From an uncultured Thermoleophilia bacterium (GTDB taxonomy: Bacteria; Actinomycetota; Thermoleophilia; UBA2241), in contig CAVQSP010000017.1 of NCBI GenBank assembly GCA_963715985.1, positions 224,001-288,000 on the forward strand: DNA of 64,000 bases, in the 5' to 3' direction. The notes under the pieces are model-generated. The model was not told where the DNA came from and did no database searches. It saw only the letters and a program-made list of their open reading frames with translations. The translations under genes and the position numbers were made by a program. Shown here one piece after another: positions 39,107 to 50,087 of the stretch. The stretch's first letter is position 1. Each line of letters starts with the position of its first letter.

Positions 39107-39736
39107 ATCGGAGCTCGAGGTGTCGCCGGACTGCTCGCCCTCCAGCAGGTCGACGAAGCTCTGGGACCGGCGCCCGATGAGCGACTTCGGGTCCAGCTTG
39201 GCGGCGATGGCCCACTCCTGTCTCGCCTCGTCGGACCGGTCGGTGGAGAAGTAGATGATGGCCATGGAGTAGTGGGCCTCCTGGTCATCGGGCTGCTTGT
39301 CGAGCACCTGCTTGACGGCCTTCTCCGCGCGCGCCGTGTCGCCGTCCGCGTGCCACACCATGGCCAGGCGCACGGTGGCCGTGGCGTTGCCGGGATCGAG
39401 GCGCAGGACCTCCTCGTAGGCGCGCGACGAGCGCTTGTAGCTCTGTCCGAGATAGTACGCGTCGCCCAACTTGAGCAGCGTGGCGACGTCCGTGGGGTCC
39501 TTGGCGCTGGCGCTCTCGAGCTTGGCGATCTTCTTCTGGATGGACGCGTCCGCGGTTGGCCCCGGCGTAGGCTCGCCGCCCTTGCCGGCCACCGTGGGGT
39601 GCCCCGACGGGAGGCCAGGGTCGGCAGTACTGCCGGCGGCGCCGGAGGCGCCGCCCGTCCGCAGTCCCACGGCCACGATCACAGCTGCCAGCGCGAGTGC
39701 GACGGCCACGCCGGCGAGCAGGTAGTGTCTCCTCAA
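39104..39736 (-). CDS. Membrane-anchored TPR protein with LPxGHP motif
   Basis: TTG start after GGAAGGA; N-terminal TM; LPSGHP; three TPR-like repeats. Confidence 0.8.
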   Translation of the reverse strand: MRRHYLLAGVAVALALAAVIVAVGLRTGGASGAAGSTADPGLPSGHPTVAGKGGEPTPGPTADASIQKKIAKLESASAKDPTDVATLLKLGDAYYLGQSYKRSSRAYEEVLRLDPGNATATVRLAMVWHADGDTARAEKAVKQVLDKQPDDQEAHYSMAIIYFSTDRSDEARQEWAIAAKLDPKSLIGRRSQSFVDLLEGEQSGDTSSSD

Positions 39737-39842
39737 ACGTTTCCTTCCGCGCCAGGAGGTACCGGAGCGCTGGCAGGATAGCACCGCGTGCAGCCTGTTT
39801 CGACCGGCCGCGCCCCGCTTGGAGCGTGAGCGCGAGGAGCCT

Positions 39843-39868
39843 CTAACCAAGCTTAACCGCGCCTTAAC
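39843..39868. promoter_or_regulatory. Direct repeats CTAAC/CTTAAC/CTTAAC at 10-11 bp period (OmpR/PhoB-type site)
   Basis: ctCTAACcaagCTTAACcgcgcCTTAAC, AT-rich in a GC-rich context. Confidence 0.4.
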
Positions 39869-39911
39869 ACGCGCTCGGCGATGGCCCCTTTCGCGGGCGG
39901 CGGCGGCCCTG

Positions 39912-39966
39912 TTGACGCTGCCCGCCGCCGGGGATAGAGTTCAAAAAGACCGTTTCTGTCCGGTCT
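39912..39966 (+). promoter_or_regulatory. Sigma70 promoter TTGACG-N17-TAGAGT followed by the inverted repeat AGACCG-N8-CGGTCT (likely Rrf2 autoregulatory site)
   Basis: -35 at 39912-17, -10 at 39935-40, inverted repeat at 39947-66. Confidence 0.55.
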
Positions 39967-39992
39967 CGGCCAGAGCCAGAAAGGGAGCGGGA

Positions 39993-40409
39993 ATGGGACT
40001 GCAGCTGACGCGCGGCGGCGAGTACGCCATCCGTGCCATGAGTTACCTCGCGAGGTTCCCCGACGGCCACGTCGCCTCGCTGCACGACATCGGGCAGGCG
40101 CAGGATATCCCCGAGAGCTTCCTCGCCAAGATCCTTCAGAGCCTGGTGCACGGCGGTCTGGCCGTCTCGCAGCGCGGCGCGCACGGCGGTTTCGCCCTCG
40201 CCCGCCCGGCCACCGAGATCACCATGCGGGACGTCATCGAGGCAGTGGACGGCCCGGTGGCGCTCAACCAGTGCGTGCTGTGGCCTGAGGATTGCGAGCG
40301 CAGCGGCGACTGCGAGCTGCACAAGGCCTGGATGCGGGCCCAGGCCCAGCTCATGGACGTCCTCGGCACGGTGACGCTGCGGTCGCTCTCGCCGGCCGTC
40401 GTCGCCTGA
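39993..40409 (+). CDS. Rrf2 family regulator with Fe-S ligands (IscR/NsrR-like)
   Basis: YAIRA, IPESFL.KILQ.L, S.RG.HGGF.LARP, C-x6-C-x5-C-x2-H. Confidence 0.92.
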   Translation: MGLQLTRGGEYAIRAMSYLARFPDGHVASLHDIGQAQDIPESFLAKILQSLVHGGLAVSQRGAHGGFALARPATEITMRDVIEAVDGPVALNQCVLWPEDCERSGDCELHKAWMRAQAQLMDVLGTVTLRSLSPAVVA

Positions 40410-40448
40410 GGGACGCTTCCGCCTCCCCGCGCCTTGGGCTCTCCTCCG

Positions 40449-41452
<1,004 letters not shown>

Positions 41453-41456
<4 letters not shown>

Positions 41457-43815
41457 TTCACGTTGTCGACCCAGATGGTCATCGTGTCGGCGCTCGTGCT
41501 CTTGACTCTGATGCGCACGCCCAGGTTCGCCGGCACCTTGACCCCGCTGTAGGGGGTCTCCGGGGACCAGTACTGCCACGCGTCGTTGAACCACTGGGCT
41601 GCGGGCTTGCCGGGGGCGATGCGCTCGCCGACGTCGGTGGCTGGGTCGGTGGCGTAGTCCCTCAGGTAGATGCTCTGCGTGCGCGTCGGCGTGAGGCTGA
41701 AGGCGGCGTCGCGAAGCTGGATGCGGGTCCGCCAGTATGCGGTGGCGCCGTCGTACTGCACGGCATCCGGGTTCGGGCGGGCATCGACCACGAGCCAGCC
41801 GCCCTCGCCGGGGTGCGCGCCGACGTCGTTGTCGGTCCAGAACGTGTCGCGGTAGATGAGGTGCAGGCCCTGGTTGTACGTGTACCAGTCGACCCAGCCG
41901 GGGAGGGCGCGATTGAACTCGTAGCAGTCGGCCAGCGAGGCGTCTGAGCCGGCGTGTGTGCGGTATTCGGCGATGTAGTAGTTGGCGCTGTACACCGTGC
42001 TCGCGCCGTCGACCTGCGTCCAGCCCTCGCTGGTGAAGGCGCTGTCGGAGACGGCGGTGCCGCCCACCTTGACGTCGGTGATCTCCCAGCCGGCCGGGGC
42101 GATGCCCACGTCGGTGAGATAGCGGAACTGCACGAGGACACTCTTGCCGGCCCACGCGCTGAGGTCGAACGTCATCGTCTCACCCCAGGCCCCGGTGTAG
42201 CCGCCCGTGAGGCCCCAGACGCCGGCGTCGACCTCCACGGTGCGCCCCTGGCTCTGGGCGGTGGACCAGGTGGCGCCACTGTCCTCGGAGATGCGCACGA
42301 ACCCATAGTCGTAGCCGCTCTCGATGTCGTACCACGTACGCATCGTGAGGACGGCGCCGTCTCCGCTCGGCACGCTTACGGGCGACTTCGTCGTCAGCCT
42401 GTTATCCAGGTCGTTGCCGGCCCCGGAGTACCACTCCAACGCGCCGTCCTTGCCGCTCAGCGGGACGACGTGCCTGCGTTTGGGCAGCTCGATCATCACC
42501 CCGGTGTCTGAGGGCGCGCCGGTGGCCGCCGCCTGGAGCTTCACGCTCCGCGTCGTGTTGCGCTTGATGACCTTAGGAGTGACGAAGTCCAGGGCCATCT
42601 TGTCCCACACGTTGAACGGTCCCGGTTCGCTGCCCAGTCCCCATCGCCGTCCCAGCCACGCGGCCTCTGCCATCATCGTCCAGAAGCCGCTGCCGTCGCC
42701 GGGGGTGCTGGCGTAGTCGTACTCGTCGGGCAGGCCCAGATCGTGGCCGAACTCGTGGCAGAACACGCCTGGGTCGCCGTCTTCGGGGTTGATGGTGTAG
42801 GGGGACACCCAGATGCCGGTCTGCTGGGGGCCCTGGCCCTCGGTGCCCGGGACCTCGTAGCCGGGGAGGCCGCCGGGGCCGCCGTTAGGGCTCTCGTAGA
42901 TGCTGGAGGAATGCGCCCAGATGGCGTCGGACTCCTGGGCGCCGCCGCCGGCAGACTGGTCGCTGCCCGCGTGCACGAGGATCAGATGATCGACGATGCC
43001 GTCCGGCCGGTTGAAGGTGTCGCCGGTGATGCCGTAGGGGTTCTCGACGTCGTAGTCGGCCCAGGGGAAGTCCGGGTTCTGGGCGGCGAACCTGGCGACC
43101 GCGTCGCGGGCCACGCGCCATGCGGGCCCGTTGAGGTCGTCGGTGGACACCCACGGGTCGCTGTCCGCGCCGTACCAGGACTCCGGCATGTCCAGCTTCA
43201 CCCAGTTCTTGATGTCGCCCGACACGGTGTAGGTGCCGTGAGACTGCTCCAGGTACCAGTTGCGCATCGTGGAACTGTCGTCGCCGCGCAAGAGACCGGC
43301 GGCGTCGTACATGCCCGAAGGAGTTGCCGAAGAGTTCCTGCTGGTAGTGCGCGGGCGAGGTGTCGCCCGGCCAGAAGGTGCTGTTGTCGCCGGCGGGCGG
43401 TGCCGGGATCTGCCCGTGCAGAGGGCCGGGCGTCATCGGGCCCGTGGGGGCCGGGGAGCCGGCCGGCCAGGCCTCGTCGCCGAACTCGACGAGCAGCACG
43501 AGGGTCTTCGTGACGAACGTGGTGGTGGCCCCGGGGTCCGCGGCGCGGCGTGCCATGAAGCGAGTGAGCTGCGTCTTCTTCCCCTGAAGCGTGCGCTGCA
43601 CGAGAGGAGACTTGAGCTCGTACCTGGGTGCCCGGATGCCGAGCGCCTCCACCGTGGCGGCCGCCATCCGTCGCGTTGGCGTAGGGCGGGATGACGCCCA
43701 GTCGCTTGAGGTTCTTCGCGATCAGGACCTCGTTCGGCGGCACGGCGCCCGCCGGCGCGGCCGCCAGGACCACGAGCAGCGCCACCAGCGCCGCACCCAC
43801 CATGACTCTGCGCAC
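41453..43815 (-). CDS. Secreted M6 (immune inhibitor A-like) metalloprotease, split by two frameshifts (about 43668 and 43314)
   Basis: Signal peptide AVPP; LVLLVEF; ILVHAG; HEFGHDLGLPDEYD; WYDIE..YDYG; EYRT; three consecutive ORF frames. Confidence 0.85.
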
Positions 43816-43962
43816 GATCTCCCCCGATCGGTTCGCCGGCCCCGGACGTCAGGCCTGTCCGCCGACGGTCCCTGCCGGCCGAGCCCTGGCCACGGGAGTC
43901 TACTGCGCTCCCGGCGCACGTGCGAGGGCGTGACCCTCACGGGCCCGGCGTGCGGTAACGAA

Positions 43963-43996
43963 GAGAGGCGGGGCGCTCGCGAGCGCCCCGCCTCTC
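43963..43996 (-). terminator. Perfect 34-bp palindrome, terminator of the FmdB-type gene
   Basis: GAGAGGCGGGGCGCTCG|CGAGCGCCCCGCCTCTC followed by TTCGTT on the minus strand. Confidence 0.7.
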
Positions 43997-44037
43997 GGGG
44001 TCTTGACTGCGGCGCGACCGCGCCGCCGGGGTCAGCC

Positions 44038-44241
44038 TCAGCCGAAGCGGGTGCCGGCGGGTGCCGCGCAGCCGCCACCCGAGCTCGAGCCGCCCAGGTT
44101 GTTCAGAAAGCTGGAGAACTTCTGCCGCACGTCCTCGGAGCCGCACTCGGGGCACACGCGGTCCTCATCCTTGAGAAAGCCCTGGCGGAACACCTCGAAG
44201 GCGTGCCCGCACGATTCGCAGACCAGATCGTAGGATGCCAT
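44038..44241 (-). CDS. FmdB family zinc-ribbon protein
   Basis: Y...CESCG..FE, CPECGS, Gly/Ser tail; GGAGG RBS. Confidence 0.9.
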   Translation of the reverse strand: MASYDLVCESCGHAFEVFRQGFLKDEDRVCPECGSEDVRQKFSSFLNNLGGSSSGGGCAAPAGTRFG

Positions 44242-44267
44242 GACCCTCCACGTCGGTTGGTTGGTTC

Positions 44268-44287
44268 ATACCCTGGGGGGTATTATA
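44268..44287 (-). promoter_or_regulatory. CsoR/RcnR-type operator ATACCC-TGGG-GGGTAT overlapping -10 TATAAT
   Basis: Inverted repeat with G-tract at 44268-83; ATTATA (+ strand) at 44282-87. Confidence 0.6.
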
Positions 44288-44391
44288 CCGGGCAGCTTGG
44301 GGCGCGTAAACACCGCGCCGGTAGTACTCTGTGAGTCAGGACACCGCAGGCGGCGGCCGCTTCCGCCGTCCTGCGGTCCGTCGAAGGGGAG

Positions 44392-44889
44392 ATGATGCGC
44401 AGCAACCGGGTCTTCGTCACAGTCATCGTCACGGTCCTCGTCATCCTCGGCAGCCTCGCCGCACTGGCTCTGGCTGCGTGTGGCGGTTCGGACACCTCGG
44501 CGTCGACGGCCGACATCGAGTTCATCTCGCCGGGCGACTTCAAGATGGCGGACTATGCCGGCAAGCCCCTCGTCGTCAACTACTTCGGCTCCTGGTGCGG
44601 CCCCTGCAACCTCGAGGCCCCCGAGCTCGCCGCCTTCGCGGACAGTCACCCTGGTCTTGCCTTGGTCGGCGTCGCCGCGGACGACACGCAGGACGACGTG
44701 CTGGACTTCATGGGCAAGTACGGGCTCAGCAATCCGGTCGTTCTGGACGACGGCAGCCTCCAGGCCGACGCAGGTATCACCGGCGTGCCCACCACCATCT
44801 TCTACGACGCCAAGGGTAACGAGGTGGACCGCATCGTCGGCGCCGCCACCGCGGGCCAGTTCGACCTCAGCTACGCCAAGGCGAAGTGA
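44392..44889 (+). CDS. TlpA/ResA-like thiol-disulfide oxidoreductase lipoprotein
   Basis: Lipobox LAAC; GKPLVVN..GSWCGPC..EAP; GVPTT. Confidence 0.92.
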   Translation: MMRSNRVFVTVIVTVLVILGSLAALALAACGGSDTSASTADIEFISPGDFKMADYAGKPLVVNYFGSWCGPCNLEAPELAAFADSHPGLALVGVAADDTQDDVLDFMGKYGLSNPVVLDDGSLQADAGITGVPTTIFYDAKGNEVDRIVGAATAGQFDLSYAKAK

Positions 44890-44955
44890 GCCTCACGCCG
44901 ACGCTGCGGCAGGGCCGGTCGCGCCGCGGCCTCCGGCCGGCGTGACCGCCCTCCC

Positions 44956-45675
44956 GTGATCGCCGCCCAGTTCACCACGCTCACCCTCTCGGCGGCCGGC
45001 CTGGCCTTCGTCGCCGGGCTGGTGTCCTTCGTCTCCCCCTGCGTCCTGCCGCTCTTGCCGGTGTACCTGTCCTTCATCTCCGGCGTCGCCGTGGACCGTC
45101 TGTCGAGCGAGCGCGGACGCCTCCTCTGGACTTCTCTGCTGTTCGTGGCCGGCTTCACGGTGGTCTTCATGGCCATGGGAGCAGGCGCCGGCGGCGTAGG
45201 GCGCCTGCTCATCCGCTACCGGCAGGAGCTCACCATCGCCGCCGGGGCCTTCATCGTGTTCAGCGGGCTGGTGGTGACGGGCCTGATCCCCATGCACCTG
45301 CCCGTCATGAAGGTGGTACCCACGCCCCGGGGCGCCGGCGGCGCGTTTCTCACGGGCGCGGCGCTGGCCGTCGGCTGGACGCCCTGCGTGGGATACGTGC
45401 TCGGGGCCATCCTCAGCATGGCGGCGACGAGCCAGAGTGCCGTGTCCGGCTCGCTGCTGCTCCTGGTGTACTCCGCCGGCCTGGCCGTCCCGTTCCTCCT
45501 CGCCGCGCTCGCCTTCCACTGGATGAGCGGGCGCCTCGCCGGAGTGCGCAAGCACTATCGCCAGATCCAGATCGCCGCCGGCGTGCTGATGATCGCCTTC
45601 GGCGTGCTGATGATGTTCGGCGTGCTCGACCAGATGACGCGCTGGCTCCCGTCCTTCAGCCCGGGCGGTCTCTGA
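44956..45675 (+). CDS. ccdA: Cytochrome c biogenesis protein CcdA
   Basis: SFVSPCVLPL.P.YLS, GWTPCVG..LGAIL, YSAGL.VPF. Confidence 0.93.
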   Translation: MIAAQFTTLTLSAAGLAFVAGLVSFVSPCVLPLLPVYLSFISGVAVDRLSSERGRLLWTSLLFVAGFTVVFMAMGAGAGGVGRLLIRYRQELTIAAGAFIVFSGLVVTGLIPMHLPVMKVVPTPRGAGGAFLTGAALAVGWTPCVGYVLGAILSMAATSQSAVSGSLLLLVYSAGLAVPFLLAALAFHWMSGRLAGVRKHYRQIQIAAGVLMIAFGVLMMFGVLDQMTRWLPSFSPGGL

Positions 45676-45692
45676 GCGGTATCCTTGGCGCG

Positions 45693-48605
45693 ATGAGCGC
45701 CAGGCACCGCATCCCCGAACCCACCCGCGAGGCACGCGCCGCCGCCGCCGCCCTGCGGCCCCTGGTGGCCGGAGAGGTGTTCGAGTCCCCGCTGCGGCGC
45801 TGGCTCTACTCCACGGACGCCTCGAGCTATCGGGTGGTGCCCGACGCGGTGCTGGTGGCCGGCGCGGTGGACGACCTGCATGCCGTCATGGAGGTCTGTG
45901 CCCGGTACGGCGTGCCCGTGGTCGCCCGCGGGGCTGCGAGCAGCTGCGCGGGTCAGGCCGTGGGCCCCGGCATCGCGGTGGACTGCTTCAAGCTCGACAG
46001 GGTCATCGCGATCGACCCGGAGAAGCGCACCGCGCGCGTGCAGCCGGGCGTCGTGCAGGCGTCGCTGAACCGCGCCGCCGCAGTACATGGTCTCGAGTTC
46101 GGTCCCGACACGTCCACCGTGGACCAGGCCACCCTCGGCGGCATGGTGGGCAACAACTCGTCCGGTTCCCGGTCGATCGTGTACGGCGAGACCAGGGACA
46201 AGGTCGTCACCGTGCGCACGGCCCAGATCGGGGGCACCGGCCTCGACTTCGCGCGCTGTGCGAGCGCCGACCTCGCGAGCGGGCTGCGCGGGCCGGGGGC
46301 GGCCGGGCCGGCGGCGGCGCTCGCGGAGATCCGCGAGCGGTACCGCCGGCCCATCGCCACCGGCTACCCGCACACGCGCCGCTGCACGACCGGCTACGAC
46401 CTGCGCACGCTGCTGGAGCCGCGGCCCAATCTGGCGCGGCTCCTGGCCGGCTCGGAGGGCACGCTGGGTCTGTTCACGGAGATCGAGGTCGAGCTGGACG
46501 TGCGGCCGGCGTTGCGGGTCGGGGCGGCGCTCACGTTCACCGACCTCCGCGCCGCGCTCACGGCCAACCTGGCCATCCTCGAGACGGGCCCGTCCGCGGT
46601 GGAGCTCGTGGACCTCGTGCCTCTGCGCGCCGCCCCCAACCTCGGCGCCTACCCGCTCATGGCGCCGCTGCTCGAGGGCGCTGAGCGGGCCATGCTCACG
46701 GTGGAGTACCAGGGGTCTGACGACGAGGCGCGGGCCGGTGTGAGCCGTCTGCGGCGCGTCGCCGCAGGGCTGGGCGCCGTGCGCACGCAGTGGCTCGACC
46801 AGCCTGCTTCCATGGCTCAGGCCGCGGCCCTGCGCCGGGCCGTGCTGCCGCTGCTCATGGGCGCCCCGGGCGCGGCCCGCCCGACGGCGTTCGTGGAGGA
46901 CACCGCCGTCGCGCCGGAGAAGCTGGCCGACTTCCTCACCGCCTTCGAGGGTCTCGTGGCTGCTGCCGGGGCCCGCGGGTCGTTCACCGGCCACGCCTCC
47001 GCGGGCTGCACGCACGTGCGCCCTCTCCTGGACCTCAAGACGGTGGCGGGTGTGCGCCAGATGGAGGGACTGGCGGTGGCGGTGGCGGGGCTGGTGGCCG
47101 AGTACCACGGCGCCATCTCGGGCGAGCACGGCGTCGGCCGCTCCCGCAGCTGGGCGCTTCCGGGCCTCCTCGGCGACGGCCTGTACGACGCCATGGTCGC
47201 CGTCAAGGACGTCTTCGACCCACGGCGACTCCTGGCGCCCGGCATCGTGGTGGACGGGCCCGGCGTCTCGGAGAGCCTGCGCTACGGCGCGGACTACCGC
47301 GGCGGGGGCGCCTGGAGGCCTCGCCTCTGGTACGCGGCAGAAGGCGGCTTCGACCTCGCCGTGGAACGCTGCTTCGGCGCGGGCCAGTGCAAGAAGACCA
47401 CGGGCACCATGTGCCCGCCGGCCGCCGCCACCCGGGACGAGGCGCGGACCACGCGGGCCCGCGCCAATGCGCTCCAGGGCGTGGTGTGCGGGGCCGTCCC
47501 GCTTGCGGCCATCGGCGCCGACGAGTTCCGCGACGTGCTGGGCACGTGCGTGGCGTGCAAGGCGTGCAAGTCCGAGTGTCCGGCGGGCGTCGACGTAGCC
47601 GCCCTCAAGGTCGAGTGGCTGGCCGAGGTCCGCGCCAGGACCGGCGTGCCGGTCCTGGCGCGGGGCATCGGCGAGTTTCGCCGCCTGGCGGCTCTGGCCG
47701 CGCCGGTGGCGCCGCTCGTCAACGCCGCGGCGCGGTCCCGCCTCACCCGGCTCCTCACGGACCGCGCCGGCGTCGCCGCCCGGCGCCCGCTGCCCGCGTT
47801 CACCCGCCGGCCGCTGACGCGCCGCCTGTCGCCGGCCCCCCCAGCGCCTTCGACGACGCCGTCCGGAGGGCAGGCCGGCGGCACACCCCGCCCGGCTGCC
47901 ACGCTGTTCGTCGACTGCTTCATCCAGTATCAGGAGCCGGAGGTGGGCGAGGCCCTCGCGGGGCTGCTGCGCGCCGCCGGCGTGCCGCTCGCCCTCGCGG
48001 ACGCGGGCTGCTGCGGGCGTACTGCGCTCTCCACGGGGCAGATAGACAAGGCTCGCGCGGCCGCCGCCAGGGCACTCGCGGCGCTCAGCCCGCGTGTGGC
48101 GCAGGGCGCAGAGGTGCTCTTCGTCGAGCCGAGCTGCCTGTCCATGGTCTGCGACGACTGGCGCCGCCTGTTGCCGGGTGACGAGCGCGTCGCGCCGGCG
48201 GCGGCGGCCGCCCGCCCCGCGCTGGGCCTCGTGGCCGACCTCGCCGCCGCCGGCCGCCTGCACTTCCGTGCCGGCGGCCGCGCCCTGCTGCACTGCCACT
48301 GCCACGAGAAGGCGCTGGGCTTCGCGGCCGACACCGAGCGTGCCCTGCGTGCCGTGCCCGGCCTCGAACTGGACGTCCTGGATGCCGGCTGCTGCGGCAT
48401 GTCCGGCATCTTCGGCTACGAGGCCGAACATTACGACCTCAGCGTGGCGATGGCCGAACGCGTGCTCCTGCCCGCCGTGCGCGCGGCGCCGCCGCACACC
48501 GCGGTCCTCGCCACGGGTACGTCGTGCCGCACGCAGATCGGCGACCTCACACCGCGGCGGGCCGTCCACCCGCTCGTCTTCCTCGCCGGGCGCCTGGAGG
48601 CTTGA
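45693..48605 (+). CDS. FAD-binding + Fe-S oxidoreductase (YdiJ/GlcD-GlcF fusion type)
   Basis: YSTDAS.Y, GGMVGNNSSG, GSEGTLG, GHAS.GC.HVRP, GEHG.G, C..C..C...CP, CCG motifs. Confidence 0.93.
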   Translation: MSARHRIPEPTREARAAAAALRPLVAGEVFESPLRRWLYSTDASSYRVVPDAVLVAGAVDDLHAVMEVCARYGVPVVARGAASSCAGQAVGPGIAVDCFKLDRVIAIDPEKRTARVQPGVVQASLNRAAAVHGLEFGPDTSTVDQATLGGMVGNNSSGSRSIVYGETRDKVVTVRTAQIGGTGLDFARCASADLASGLRGPGAAGPAAALAEIRERYRRPIATGYPHTRRCTTGYDLRTLLEPRPNLARLLAGSEGTLGLFTEIEVELDVRPALRVGAALTFTDLRAALTANLAILETGPSAVELVDLVPLRAAPNLGAYPLMAPLLEGAERAMLTVEYQGSDDEARAGVSRLRRVAAGLGAVRTQWLDQPASMAQAAALRRAVLPLLMGAPGAARPTAFVEDTAVAPEKLADFLTAFEGLVAAAGARGSFTGHASAGCTHVRPLLDLKTVAGVRQMEGLAVAVAGLVAEYHGAISGEHGVGRSRSWALPGLLGDGLYDAMVAVKDVFDPRRLLAPGIVVDGPGVSESLRYGADYRGGGAWRPRLWYAAEGGFDLAVERCFGAGQCKKTTGTMCPPAAATRDEARTTRARANALQGVVCGAVPLAAIGADEFRDVLGTCVACKACKSECPAGVDVAALKVEWLAEVRARTGVPVLARGIGEFRRLAALAAPVAPLVNAAARSRLTRLLTDRAGVAARRPLPAFTRRPLTRRLSPAPPAPSTTPSGGQAGGTPRPAATLFVDCFIQYQEPEVGEALAGLLRAAGVPLALADAGCCGRTALSTGQIDKARAAAARALAALSPRVAQGAEVLFVEPSCLSMVCDDWRRLLPGDERVAPAAAAARPALGLVADLAAAGRLHFRAGGRALLHCHCHEKALGFAADTERALRAVPGLELDVLDAGCCGMSGIFGYEAEHYDLSVAMAERVLLPAVRAAPPHTAVLATGTSCRTQIGDLTPRRAVHPLVFLAGRLEA

Positions 48606-48746
48606 CCCGGCCGCGCCGGGACCGCTTCCCTCGCCGGCGGCGTGCGACGACCCGGCGCGAACGGCGCGCCGAGAGGGCCCGCGTCCCCCTGCGCGGTCGC
48701 GCCCGGGGCGCCGCCGCCGCGCCGCCGGCGCGTGTACCATGGGGCG

Positions 48747-48926
48747 GTGAACGCCGTCATCCTGATCGCCGGCATCGCCGGCCTTGCCGTGGCCGGCTAC
48801 GGCCTGTTCACGCTCAGCCTGGACGCCTCGCGCCGGCACCAGTACGTCGACATCGCCGTCGCGGTGCTGGTCGCCGTGGCCGTGGTGGCCCTGCTGATCC
48901 TGTACGGCGACAGGCTGCTGCGCTGA
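48747..48926 (+). CDS. Small two-TM hypothetical protein (59 aa)
   Basis: Two hydrophobic helices, high GC3, TACCAT 6 nt before GTG. Confidence 0.6.
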   Translation: MNAVILIAGIAGLAVAGYGLFTLSLDASRRHQYVDIAVAVLVAVAVVALLILYGDRLLR

Positions 48927-49148
48927 CGCGCGCCGGCGGCAGCGGGCCCAGGCGCCGAACGCGGCGCAGGCTCATGGGAACGGGCGCGTCTGCCGATACT
49001 GGCGTACGGTGCGCAGGGGATACGGACCCGCCGGCGCGAATCTGTGGGCGGCGGCCTGGCACTGGACAGCGTGCCGCGTCCGCCGGCAAACGCCGGGCTC
49101 GAGCCCAGACGGTGCGCCCGGCAAGCGTTTCGGCAAGAGAGTGAGACG

Positions 49149-49733
49149 ATGGCCAAACGGATCCTCGTCGTGGATGACGAGCCCGACATTCGCAGGCTCG
49201 TGGCTGAAGCCCTCGTGGTGACAGGCTACGACGTGCAGACCGCCGCCAACGGCGACGAGGCCGTGCGCGTGGCGTCCCTGTACCTGCCCGACCTCGTGCT
49301 GCTCGACATCATGATGCCCGACCTGGACGGCTTCGCCGTGTACGAGAAGCTGCGCACCCGCCCCGTCGACCTCAAGTCACCGATCATCTTCCTCACCGCG
49401 CGCCGCGAGATCGACGACAAGCTCCTCGGGTTCGAAAAAGGGGCGGCGGACTACATCACCAAACCCTTCCACATCAAGGAGCTCCTCGCGCGCGTGAAGG
49501 TGCACCTGGGGGAGCTCGGGCCGCCCAAGGGCGACATCCCCAACCCCCTCACGGACCGCGAGCTCGAGGTCCTTGGGCTGCTGGCGAGCGGCAAGACGTA
49601 CAAGCAGGTGGCGCGCGCGCTCGATCTCTCGCAGAGCACCGTGCGCAATCACCTGCACAACGTGTACCACAAGCTCAACGTGGTGGACCGCGCCCAGGCG
49701 GTCATCGTCAGCCGCGAGAACGGCTGGATCTGA
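49149..49733 (+). CDS. Response regulator (receiver + LuxR HTH), orphan
   Basis: VVDDE, LLDIMMP, DYITKPF; LT.RELEVL.LLA.G.....A..L.LS..TVRNHL.N.Y.KL. Confidence 0.93.
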   Translation: MAKRILVVDDEPDIRRLVAEALVVTGYDVQTAANGDEAVRVASLYLPDLVLLDIMMPDLDGFAVYEKLRTRPVDLKSPIIFLTARREIDDKLLGFEKGAADYITKPFHIKELLARVKVHLGELGPPKGDIPNPLTDRELEVLGLLASGKTYKQVARALDLSQSTVRNHLHNVYHKLNVVDRAQAVIVSRENGWI

Positions 49734-49769
49734 GCTAGCCCCGGCTACTGCCCGGTGACGGGCACGTAA

Positions 49770-49815
49770 GCGACGCGGCGGGGGCCGGCCTCAGGGCCGG
49801 CCCCCGCCGCGTCGC
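49770..49815. terminator. Bidirectional 21-bp perfect hairpin between convergent genes
   Basis: GCGACGCGGCGGGGGCCGGCC-tcag-GGCCGGCCCCCGCCGCGTCGC. Confidence 0.75.
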
Positions 49816-49829
49816 GCACCGCATGCCGC

Positions 49830-50087
49830 TCAGGAGGTCGAAAACGGCATGTCGGGCAGCGACCAGGCGGCAACCTGGTCGCGGCGGTCGCCGCGGCGCC
49901 GTTCGCTGAACGGGCCCGGCCCCGATACCCAGCGGTCGCGCCGGCGCTCGCCGGTCCTGCGGTCGACGACCACAGTGACGTCCTCGCGCCCGGCGAATCT
50001 CTCCGCGAGCTGCTCGTAGAAGTGGCTCTCGAGGGGACGCGGGATCACGATGACTCTGGGCCGCTCGATCTGGGTCGTACCGGCCAT
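49830..50087 (-). CDS. Small hypothetical protein with DRR/ERR arginine repeats (85 aa)
   Basis: AAGGAG RBS, own terminator; FYEQLAERFA...VVVDRRTGERRR...SERRRGDRR. Confidence 0.7.
   Translation of the reverse strand: MAGTTQIERPRVIVIPRPLESHFYEQLAERFAGREDVTVVVDRRTGERRRDRWVSGPGPFSERRRGDRRDQVAAWSLPDMPFSTS

Noticed and set aside
43300-43680. Programmed frameshifting in the M6 protease
   Set aside because: No slippery heptamer or stimulatory structure seen; similar indels occur in unrelated genes
45555-48839. 1094-aa antisense ORF and many other long overlapping ORFs (e.g. 15848-18178, 57062-59296, 18582-20879 upstream part)
   Set aside because: Arg/Ala/Gly/Pro-rich shadow frames of recognisable genes, expected at this GC content
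49083-49140. c-di-GMP-I riboswitch (GGCAAAC followed by a hairpin)
   Set aside because: Lacks the GNRA loop/receptor and the downstream CGCAAAGC element
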